Source: Dimorphilus gyrociliatus (Eukaryota > Animalia > Annelida). From it: 64,000 bases of DNA. A program made the translations under genes and the position numbers. The notes beneath the pieces were generated by a model that saw only the letters and a list, made by a program, of their open reading frames with translations, did no database searches and was not told the origin of the DNA. Location of the stretch: assembly GCA_904063045.1 (NCBI GenBank), contig CAJFCJ010000029.1, positions 496,001 through 560,000 on the forward strand. Reading direction: 5' to 3'. The first letter of the stretch is position 1. The number at the start of each line of letters is the position of its first letter. Shown here one piece after another: positions 26,101 through 38,310 of the stretch.

Positions 26101-29100
26101 ATCCCCTATTCCAAAGTATCTGGCCAAAGCTTCCCAATCGTCTCTTAAACACTCAGCTATGTCCGTCAATCGTAAATCGGCTCTGCTTATAGATTCTTCT
26201 GTGCCGGCAGTGGCAGCGGCTGATTCGAGATCGCTGTGATGTACACTTATTATATCTCTAGCCGATATTTCTAAAGGCAAATCCCCTCCTCCGACTTCCA
26301 TACCAGGTAATTCGAACTTTAGGTTACAGATTGGTTTCGTAGGTTCATCTATTTTAGCTGATTTTGGATCTTTCATAAATGCTATACAAGCAACGGGTAT
26401 CTGTTGAATATCCTTTATTCTAACAGTAAACGGGAGTCTATTTTCCCTGAACGCCTTAAAATTCAGATAAAGCTGTTCACCCGACTTTGTTATTGGGCAA
26501 AGATTGCCGGCCATCTCAATAAATGCTTTCTTATTGTCCATAACCTCTACATCCTTTGATCTAGCTACTTCTACAAAATTTTCTTGGGCTTCTAATGTCT
26601 TATCTAATTTATCATCCGTAATACAAAACACACGCAGTCGACCTTCTAATGGATCATGACGTTTGGCATATACAATATAATTAGCCATATAAGGAACAGA
26701 AATTGCTGATTTGTAAATATCATTGGCAATTGATGGAGCAGCCTCTGTATTTTGGCAATCAATAAGCCAAAATCTTGCGGATACCTTTGTTTCAAACTTA
26801 ACGCAATTCTTAATATAAGTTAACAAAGTTGTCCCAGTTATATCTTCCCAATGTGCTGGAGAGTTACCACCTGTTGCAAAAAAAGAGGAAAAACAAAAGT
26901 AATGAATTATATATAATTGATTTTTTTTTTTGTTTTTTTAAAAAAAAAAGTTTTTTCAAAAATAATGAATTAATCTTTTAATCAAATAGGAAAGTTATAG
27001 AAATTTTATTCATGCTCTTGCTTTTTTTTAAATAGGAATAATAAATTAATTAATGAGAATTTTAAATTCACGAAGTACACTGCTACTTTATCCCTCTTTT
27101 CTTTTGCTTGTAATTAGATTATTTACGTTAAATTCGTTTAACTTGGGAATAGGTTTTTTTTTAGTTTCATTAAAATTAAAAGCAATTTCTTGTTATAGCG
27201 ACTCTTGTTTATCTTGCAAGATCTCTATTCAACTAAGAAAGGAGAATAGTGATGGAATAAAGATATTTATATGAAAAATGCCTAAAATTGACAATCGACT
27301 TAGGGAAAATGGAAATACTGGAGGGATGTATTTTTTTCTCTACTGAGAAATCGAAAGACAGTAAATTAGGCTAATCTTCATCTTATCTTTTCGAAAAATA
27401 GCCCGGATGGGAATAGAGTAGAGTTCATTATACAAAAACTTATAGCATCCTTTTACAAGTGCGTGTTTGATGTTTATTCGAAATTAAGGATGATAATTAG
27501 ATACAGAGTGGGAGAGCGAGGGTAAAGACAGTACTTGTGAGAGAAAGCTATTATTAAACTGTAAAAACAGCACTTTTACCCCGAGAGAGTTGATTCCTTA
27601 ACCTTTTTTTTATATTTTTAATATTTGTCGAAAGACGATTAGTGAAAGAGAATTAGATAAATCAACAACACTGAAGATAAAGAATTCTGAGAAATATAGG
27701 GAAACCTTTCAACAGAATATAAAGACGATTTACCAAAGTATTACCTATTTCTTATTTACAAAGTACATGTACAAAAGTAGCAGTGTGTCAGTTTATCGAG
27801 GTTTGACGCTCGCAACCCCGAAGGCTAAATTAACTGCGGGAATTTAAACCATTTCATCAAGGGGGAATGTTTTTATTTCGTCAATGTTGTGTTTCGTTAG
27901 TAAATAACGAAGAATACATACCTGAAATACTGCAAAGCAACCTAAGCGACGGGGATTCTTGCCCCTGGTTTAGCATGCCCTTTTGTCCTTTTGGCAAGGG
28001 TATAGTCAATGTAATCGGTTCATGGAATTTTCTACGTCGAGGTTCTACAGTTACTATAGGACTAGTAGCTATTCTATTGCTGCCACACATCCTCTGCACT
28101 AATTCATCAGAAATTGGCTGAGCTTGTAGGCCAACTTTTATCTTTTTCGTTAGAGATCCTTGCGGGAAGACTGCCTGAACTTGTGGTACAGCTTGGGCGC
28201 TAAGTATCTCTCCATCAGGACCAATAGTTTTAGTTTCTTGTTTAACTCGAGATATGATGGCAAAATATTTTGGTAAATCAGATGTTACTATTCGAGCTAT
28301 TCGTCTCTTATAAATTTCTTCTGCTGAGTCTAAATCTGCAGAAAGAGATAGGCAAGCTTGTAAATATTCTACAAAGCTGTTGAAGAAGAAGCACTTAAAA
28401 AGTTCAAACCTTCAAAGCTTCCATTTAAAGCTTTTGTGACGGCTTCATCTGAATTATCTACAGTATGTTCCTTCCATGTTTCTCCATTGTCGCTCCTCAT
28501 AACAATAATCTCCCTTTCGCCGTCTCTTAGGGAGGCAAAATGAGGAACCTCTAATATAATTTCACTGTATATAATGGAATAGAGATATACAAAGAGTTTG
28601 AATGTTTTCATATTCAACAAACCCGTTAAATTGAGCACCGGACGGACCCATCTCCAAAATTCTTGTTGCCAATCCTTCATTTTCCATAATAGTAGGGGGA
28701 TGGGTCAATTTCTCTTTTTTAACCAATTTACAGATGACTCTTGTTGGTATAGTTGCTCTACCAGGTGGAATAATTAAACGAACACCGGAGTGACGACAAC
28801 CCTTCATAGCTCCACCGAGAGCGTCAACCATAAACGAAACTAAAAAGCTATTAAAAACTAACATTAGAAAGAGAAATTCCACAGAAAGAAAATAAGGAAA
28901 TCAATTAAAGTAATTGTAGAGTAAAACAATGAAATACAAGTTTTTACCATAGTATTTATATATATTACAGAATTTAGAGTAAAATATAAACGACACTTTT
29001 AACTAAATATTTACCTCTTCCACTTTAATTTACTGAGTAGGGTTTGCAATGAATAAACAATAAATAAATAGGTAGAAAAATACTAGTATTAATTAACTTA

Positions 29101-32100
29101 TAAAGAAGATAAGTTAGCTTAGTAAAGCAGTTTCTTTCTATAAGTTTTATATAAGTGTGTCTATTGCAAAATTTTCTACGTACCCAGCTATATTTGGATG
29201 TTTGTCGACAACAATATTATCCGGATCAAATCCAGAATTGAAGGATGGATATGACATAGACATATATCTCGAATCATCCATAGTTGTATAGTCCATTTGT
29301 GCTACATTAGCAATGATGTTATCCTCCTGAAGGGAAAAAGATAGAAGATTAGTTTGTTAAATTTAGGTTGAGCTTTTCAGTAAACAAAGAAACAAAGAAC
29401 TCGTCTCTTTCTCCTATATTTTGCTTAATTGTTTTAGTATTACCGATCGATTATCAATTTCAAAATATTCCACATGTGACGAAAATCGTACGTTCAAGAA
29501 TCTCTTTCTTAATTTATTAACATAAAAGAATTCATCATTTTCGAAGTAATTCCTTCTTGAAACGCAACAAAGTGATTTAGACGAAAAATTATTAGATTTT
29601 CTCTTCCTTTGACTATTTGAACAAAATGCCTTAATCTTTTGATGTTGAAGAACAGTAATATTTGAGAGAAATAATCCAAGAACAATAATCGATATAGTAA
29701 AAATAATAATCATTCTTCTTTAATTCGAAAATAGAGTAATAGAAAAGTAGTAGAAAAACTTGAAGGATTGTAAAATGAGTTTAAAGAAGAAATGAAGCAA
29801 ATGTGGAGGACACACGGAATAAATTGATTTTTTTTTGTTAAAAAAAAATCTATAGTATCTACACAGCTTTATGGCCTTTAGACTACATATATATATATAT
29901 ATATATCATGTATATACTGTATACTATACATATTAATCATATTTTATCACTTTATAGTTGCCATTTTTACAGTTTGTCAAAATGTACCTTTGTCGGAGAT
30001 ATTGTGTTGTCATACATATATTTCATATCTTGATTTGCTATCGATGTTTGTTCCATATCTATTGAAAGGAAAGAAAAGTCATAAATTCAATTTAATAGTT
30101 AATATAAAAATTATTATAATCTTGTTATGAAATATTCAAAAATCTATTTTTTATGTTAGACTAAAAGAAAATTAACTATAAAATACACTAAAAAGAATTG
30201 TTTATATTAGTATCATGTAAGATATTGATAAGATAGAAAAATAATTGTGAAATATAAAGAGTAAAAATATGAAATATAAAGATAAAAGAAATAAGAAAAA
30301 GAGATAGAGAGGGAGAGAGAGAGAGAAAGAAAAAAAAGAGATAAATAAATAGATTGATAGATAGAAACTAATGAAAACAACCATGCAAAAATAAAAAAAA
30401 AGAAAAAAAAGTAGAAAAAACTAGGTAAGTAGGGTAAATATTTTTTTTTTTTTAAAATATGATTATTATTAGTTTCCTCAACGCATTTTCATTCGTCTGA
30501 CCTTCTCCCCATATAATAGAGGAACTTAGTGACGCTCTGTTGTCAACTTTATCACTTATTGGTGTACATAAGTATCTAGGCGTATGGATGCTGTCCAGAA
30601 TCGGTTTACGTATTTCTTTCAAGGTCATCTGATCCGACTCTATTCAGTTTATCGTTTATAAAAACTCGTGTTTACTTTAAGTTAAAAGGGGAAAAATATT
30701 TTAGATAAAATGATAAATGTTGTTTTTTTCTTTTTCTGTTCTATACGTTAAAATCACCGTTAAAGAAAAGAAAACAACAGCAATGTTTTCTTTCCTTTCT
30801 TCATTTACCGAATGAGATAGATAGATGGATAAAGAAAGAAAATGAAGAGAAGAGAAAAAAGACAACTTGTGTTTGGGTAAAAGAGAAGTAAAATGTTACC
30901 GTCATCGTCCAAATCCGTATCAGACATTGCACTATCATCCATAGTTTCAGGTAACACGTGTTCGTACTTATCCTGACTGACGCTGGCACTTACATTCGTA
31001 TACTTTTTTAAGGCTTCTACAACCGAAATGTAACCCAATTTCTGGGCGATCGACAGCGGAGTTTGTCCAGACTAAGAAAAGGTCAAGATTATTAAAAAAA
31101 CAATTTAAGAATGTTGATTAACTTATCTTACCTCCGAGAGAACATTCGCGTCAGATTCAGCACCGTATTTTAATAAGTAATTTATAACGAGAACATGGCC
31201 TTGTTGAGCACCTTGGTGGAGAGGCGTATAACCAATTTTAGTTCTACTATGTATATTGGCATGTTTCTCCAAGAGAAATTTGATCATATTAATTTGACCA
31301 AAATGACATGCTACGTGCAATGGTGTATAACCAGCCTTCGTTTTTGGATCTATTTCTGCATTATTTCTTACCAATATTTCGGCAACTGATACGTAATCTT
31401 CTTGGGCGCAAAGATGTAGGGGTCGTAACCCATTGTGACTGGCCGCATTTACGTCTGCTCCGTTCTCTATTAATAGGGCAGCCACGTCTTTATTACCTTC
31501 CAGCGCGGCATAGTGCAACGGCGTATAACCATTCTTTGTTTCAGCGTTGGCATTGGCGTCATGTTGTAAAAGAGTGTTTGCCAGTGTCATTTCGTCTTTT
31601 TTAGATGCTATATGTAAGGGGGTCATGCCGTTTCTTGCTTTACAGTGCGGTGATGCACCGCTCTGCAATAGTAGGAGAGCTACATCTACTTTATTATAAT
31701 GAGCAGCTACATGTAAGGGCGTCAAATTATGTTTCCCTTCTACATCAGGTTTAGCTCCACGTTCCAACAACATTCTTGCAACGGTCGTATTACCTTTCTT
31801 CGCCGCCAGATGGAGGGGCGTAAATCCACGGCGAGTTCTGGCGTCCATATTTGTATTATGAGCCAATAGGACACTAACAACCTCGTCGTGACCCTCCTTC
31901 GAGGCTATGTGCAAAGCCGTGTGTTCGTCTTTGGTTACCGCATCAGCAGTAGCACCGTTTTGTAACAAACACGCTACCATATCGGCATCACCAATCTTAG
32001 CAGCTATATGAAGAGGCGTTTCATCGTGATTTGCCCTTGCATCTACGTTAGCTCCATTTCGTAGTAAAATTCTAGCGCATTCAATCTGCGATGCTCTTAC

Positions 32101-35100
32101 TGCCATATGTAGAGGAGACTCTCCTCTTTTCATCTTAGCATTAGGATCGGATCCATGTTGAATGAGAAAGACCGATATATCACCATATCCGCACCAGGAG
32201 GCAACATGAAGAGGCGTTAAACCGGTCTAAGTTTAATTAAATAGAATATTACTAAAAATGAAATAATAAGTTCATCATTTATAGATCTTACTTCAGTTGT
32301 AGCGTCTATTCTAGCTCCATACTTTAATAAGAGTTCCACTATTTTATATCTATTTTTTTTACAAGCGATGTGTAGTGAAGTGAAACCGTTCTAAATAAAT
32401 AATAAACGAGATAAGTAAATGATAAATTTTTCATTTACGAGTAACACAAATAACCATTGCTTACCCTTGCTCTGGCATCAACTTTACAACTACATTCTAG
32501 CAGTAATTTAGCAGTTTCATAACTTCCACAATGGGCGGCGACGTGTAAAGGCGTCAAATAATCCTTTATTAAAAGGGGAAAAAACATTTTTTCATTACTA
32601 TCTATTCGTTTTTTTTCTGATAATTAACTTTATTTAATTGAATAAAATAATGAAAACTTACCACTGTCACATCTTCCAGACACTTTTTCGGCCCGTAATG
32701 AATAAGAAGACGAGCAGAATCATAATGATTACCTTGAGCCGCCATGTGAAGAGGTGTAAGATAGTTCCTAGATTGAGCGGTAACAGGTGCATTCTTTTCC
32801 AAAAGCATTTCGACTACCGAATCATGGCCAGATCTAGCAGCGCAATGGAGGGGCGTCAAATTATCCTTAGTATTCGATGAAATATCTGCACCATTGTCTA
32901 ATAAAACTTGAACCATATTCGGCTTATTCCATTTGCTAGCCACATGAAGGGGTGTAATCTGATTCTGAAGTAGATTATTGCAAATGTATTAAAGTGTCCT
33001 CTAAAGAGAAAGATAGAAGAAAGCGAAAAAACTGTGAGGAAATATTTACTCTAGCTTTATAATTAACATCAGCTCCTTTGTCGATAAGAAGACGAGCAAC
33101 GTTTACATTGCCATAGTGAGAGGCAATATGTAAAGGAGTGAAACCGCTCTGGAAAATAATAAACATTGTTTATAGTTTTGATCCTTAAATTCTTCATCTA
33201 TCATCTCCTTACCTTTGTTACATCATTTACAAGTGTTCCTCCCTGAGAGGATTGGAAGAAAACGTGTAAGAATATAAATAAATTCAAATGGGATGCATTA
33301 TATCATCAATACATACTTTGGTTACGCTTGCCTCGTCATTCTTCAATAGAAGGGCTGCAGCTGAACAATCGTCTTTTTTAGCCGCAATATGTAAGGCTGG
33401 AAGACGAATTTTTCCCCGAGAATCGTTTTCCAGCAGTACTTTTACGACTTTGTCGTGTCCTTGTTGAAGAGCGACGGCGAGGGGTGTGAATCCATCCTAT
33501 ATTTTGATAAAAAAGCAAATTAGGAAGTAGTTTATTATTTTATAATAGCTTATCTGTAGATCTGTCAAAAAGTAATTACCTCAGTAGCCAGGGTTTGACT
33601 AGCCCCGTTAGCGAGTAGAAATTTGACCACTCCAGCGTGATTCTCCTGAGCAGCCATATACAAAGGAGTAAATCCATTTTGAGATTGAACGTTAATCTTG
33701 ACTTTATCCTGAACGAGAATTTGTACAATTTCTTCCTGGCCGGCTAAAGATGCAATGTGAAGAGCTGTATTCCCTTTCTGTTGTAGTGGAAAGAAAATAT
33801 ACAATGATCAAGTTGTACCTAATTCTAGACAAAGATAAAAATCCTTTCACGACTCTCGCTAATGTTTAAAGGAAATCGTGTTGTCATTCGACACTAAAAA
33901 TTTAGCACTTCGTTGTTTGTTTTTCTAATTAATTACCTTGGTTGCAGCATCAATATCAATTTTCCTGGACAAAAGTTCAGTAACGACATTTACATGGCCC
34001 TCTTTAGCCGCCAGGTGTAGTGCGTTTAATCCACTCTGTATATGATAAAAAAGATAGCCTTTATCTAATTCCTCATCGGATTGATACATGAAAAATCTGG
34101 TGAATAAGAGAAAGGGAAGGAAGAGTAGAAGGAGAAAGGAGAGAATGAAAAGAGCGGGAGAAGAAAATTTTGACGATATATTTCCAAATACTTACATTAT
34201 TACATGTATTTATATCTGTTCCATTCTTCAAAAAATCTAATACTTTTTCTAAGTTTCCTGCTCTTGCAGCGCGTAGAAAGCTTGCGTTGGAATCGCTCTG
34301 TTGTTTATTGATAAGATAATATTAGAACCTTTTGTATATATATATATATAATTAACATTTATATAAATATAATTTTCACATATATAAGTAAAGTCAACAG
34401 CCTGTGTAATTTAAACTTATAGACACTTTCTTTAAAAAGTAGGTCATTTTCAGCTTCTTTTTAAATGAAGTAAAATGCCCTTTTCACTTGCCGAAAAAAG
34501 CAGATGTTAAAAGTTCTCAAAGAAGAAATACTGTACTATGCATAAAAATGTGTGTAGATGTTTATAATGGCTATTTATGTATTCTATAAGAAATTCCATT
34601 CAAATTATGTGATTTTAACGACAGGATTATTAGATATATTAAGTTTTTTATGAATATTTACGAGTGATGATGACACATTTAATAACTGAAAGCATATAAC
34701 GTCGAATGAAGAAATACAGAGGATCCGGTATATGTAAACAGGAAAAAGAAATAGCTAGCCTGTCTGTCTAACATACTGCAAAAAAGCAGAACCGCTGGAG
34801 CTTGCTCAGCTGCATACGCCTGTAAAACTTCCTTAGTAAAAAATCCTATTTATACCCTATGACCCATAATATGATTAACGTAAACTGCAAGTGATATATA
34901 TCACACAGGCTTTTATCGTAAGATTAGATTATATCCTAAATTAAAACCAAGAAAGCAGCCAAACGCCTCTCTCTTTGAACAGTTAAGACGATTGTTTAGA
35001 TTGTAGGAGGTCGAGAAAAAAAGATGTACCTAGAGGCGTTTGTAAAATACTGTGCGAAATAGACTGAAAGAGCTAAATATTCTTTCGAATAGTTTATATA

Positions 35101-35780
35101 TACATTTATAACATATAAAGGAAATTATATTTTTAAATAGGTTTGTTAAATTTAATACCGTTAACCAATTGTTTGTGTAATTGAAAAGTAACTTAAAAAA
35201 ATAGGTTAATATGTAAATTATTCATACAAGCTTAAAAACTTTGTCTACCTAGAGTTAGTTAGTACTAGCTTAAAATATATTACAAACCCGAAAGTTTATC
35301 TTTCTTAACATCTTGAAACGTATCCGAAACAAACAAAAGAAAAATCCAACCAATGTATTTTAAATCCTTTAGTAATTTTTGATTTGTTTAGAGAGTAGAA
35401 AGAGTCAGAGAGAGAGAGAGAGAAGATAACAGCATATTGAATATTTTTTTTAATTAAATAAACAATAGAATTTAAAAAATAAATGAAAGAATAGTGAAAG
35501 AAACCTTTTCGTAAAAATATTCTTTGTTTCTATTCGCTTTTTTTTGATTTCCTCTTTTAAAAATCTTTTTATTTTTCGTTTATTTTTTCTATTATATTTT
35601 TTTTTTTAAAAAAATCATAAAGAAAAAATATATATCTTTGAGAAAAGAAGGTGAAGAGGAAGAGTGTATTCGTTTTGCTAACGAACGAAATATTTCGGCG
35701 AAAGTATCTCCCAAAGAGTAATAGTTTGTTCTTCTTTTACTAGAAGAGAGATATTAGCAGAACTTGAATTAATAGTAGAA

Positions 35781-35811
<31 letters not shown>

Positions 35812-35989
35812 GTAATTATATGTATATCTATATATATGTATAAATATTTCGTTGCAAAACGAATAACTTTTAACGAATCCGACGCGCCGCACTACTTGGC
35901 TCTGGTCAAAAATAACCTATGGTAGAGAGAGAGTAGTCGAACACCGGCGCTACCTAGCTTGTTTGTAAATTCCCAGATATATATATATA

Positions 35990-36033
<44 letters not shown>

Positions 36034-38272
36034 CCCATTTTCTTCTATTCTTCTATCTCTCTATCACCATTGTGTAAAGTTTTTTCATATTTTTTTCTTC
36101 CCCTTTTAATTCTCTCTTAGTCTTTCTCTCTTCCATCAAAATTAAGATAATATCCTACATTAATCACTTTTCACTGAGTGTGGACAATAGACTAATGAAT
36201 GAATATTTTCATCTCTTCCTGACATTTCTAAGAGTAGATTTACATAATGTTTAGATTTTATCCTATGGCCGGAAAGTAAAAACATATAAAATATTCTACT
36301 CGTGTTTATATTAAGTCTACATATGCTTCCATCTATTGGAGAAAAATGGAAAGTTCAATCATAGGGGTGACGTTTCGGCACAATCAATGATGTTCGATAA
36401 AATTATATATACACTAACGAGTACGAATAAATAATAATCAATGTATGTTGCACATGTCGAAGTGTTTTCCCCTTTTTTTTTGAAAAAAAGACAGAATGGC
36501 GCCAATAGGCGAATGATTAATATACAACAACAATAAATTCAGTCAACCCCCGAAGTAGCTGAATAATTAATTAACCGTAGAAACAAGAAGGAAATATATC
36601 TTAATTGTCATATTTTCTCTCCAGAAAGCTTCCTTCTTGTTCTAACAAAGAATAGAAGACGGTATTTTTTATGTTGTTCTATAAATTATCGTCTTATTTT
36701 TTTTAATATTATTATATACGTCTAGAGTTTAGCATAACTGATGAAAAGGGTAGTGAGAATTTTTCTTTTGGTGTGCAGGCTTTTTCCTCCTACTTTTGTA
36801 TAATAGGATAACTATGAAAATGAGTTTGCAGCTGCTCTGCTATCTTCCAACCATCGTTTCATATTTTTCCAATGAAGATATAGGTTAACCTCATCAGACT
36901 AGGGTATAATTGTTTATTGATTAATTGACACACACAAAAAATGATGCTCCTAGTCTATATGGCTGTTTTACAATAGGAAATTCAAATGAAAAACAGTACT
37001 AAGAGGTTATTGATAGACGTTTTTTATCTCACTATATTTCGGTTATTTTCGCAAACATTACCGATCGTGACAGACGAAACTGCATAACGGACGCCGGTCG
37101 GCCGCAGCGTTACTCACTAGAGACGTCGTATAGGGCAGAGAAATCAATAGTTTTTATTCCGATAGCGCATGCGCCATAGTTTGCTGTATGTATTATATAG
37201 GCATTCGTTTTTATTTTAAAATGCTAGTCTATTTATTTTTCTTTTCAGATACTAAGACTGACATGCAAATGAACTGGTACTTTTTCAAATAAATGTGAAT
37301 TTTCTCTGAAGAATTGTGTCGAATTAAACCCGAAAATAACAACGTTTTTACCATGTGGACAAAATTAGCTCTTATCCATAAACATATCCAATTAACATTA
37401 AAAACAAGTAAATTAATTTGATCTCTTTTCACTTACAATCGATTTCTTACTACTCTTCTTCTGTTCATATTCACTATTTTTCGAATTATCCTCTTTCTCT
37501 TCCATCATCACATGCTATAGTCATTGCCTGCGAACTGAAACTATTATGCTAAAACGATAAAAGCGCCACCTCGTTGTAGACGTCGGATGCGGCGTTCCAT
37601 CGATTAGTACTCTTATTTTATTATTTTATTACAGTATAATTTCACATGACTCGTCAATAAGGAGTTCCGATGGTTGATTAAAGAGGTAAAATATTTATTT
37701 TAAGAGCAATATTAAGTCAAATCAAATTTTTATAGCAACCAGCAGTCTAGAAATAACTTGAAAGCAGACAGCAAAAGAGATATTTATTTATACGTATGTA
37801 AGCAGACAGAGGGAAAAGTCATAAAAAAAATTGTGGGAGAGAGACAGAGAGACGTCGACGAAGGCGTCAGGCAAGTCTATAAAATTTTACAAAAAGAACG
37901 TCATTCGACTTTCTATTGGGTTTCGTCAGAAGCAGCGTACGTCGACTAAGTGCAAACAATCGCACCTAATCCATCTATCTATCTTTCTTTCATTATTTTT
38001 ATAACCCTATATTAGATGGAACAAGAGCATTTAAAAAAAAAAGAAACGTGAATAAATGAACGAATAGTTAGTTACCAAGATAAAAAATTACTGTTCATTT
38101 AATTCCTTCTTTTAGTAATTTCTCAAGATTTGAATAAAATATAGGCTAGAGATTCCTCTACTTGAGGGTTTAGATTCTTGTATATAAATATATATAGTAA
38201 CACATGTTACACTTTTACCATTTAAATTTCTATTAGAGTATTCATTAAATATACTATCCATACATATATACT

Positions 38273-38310
<38 letters not shown>

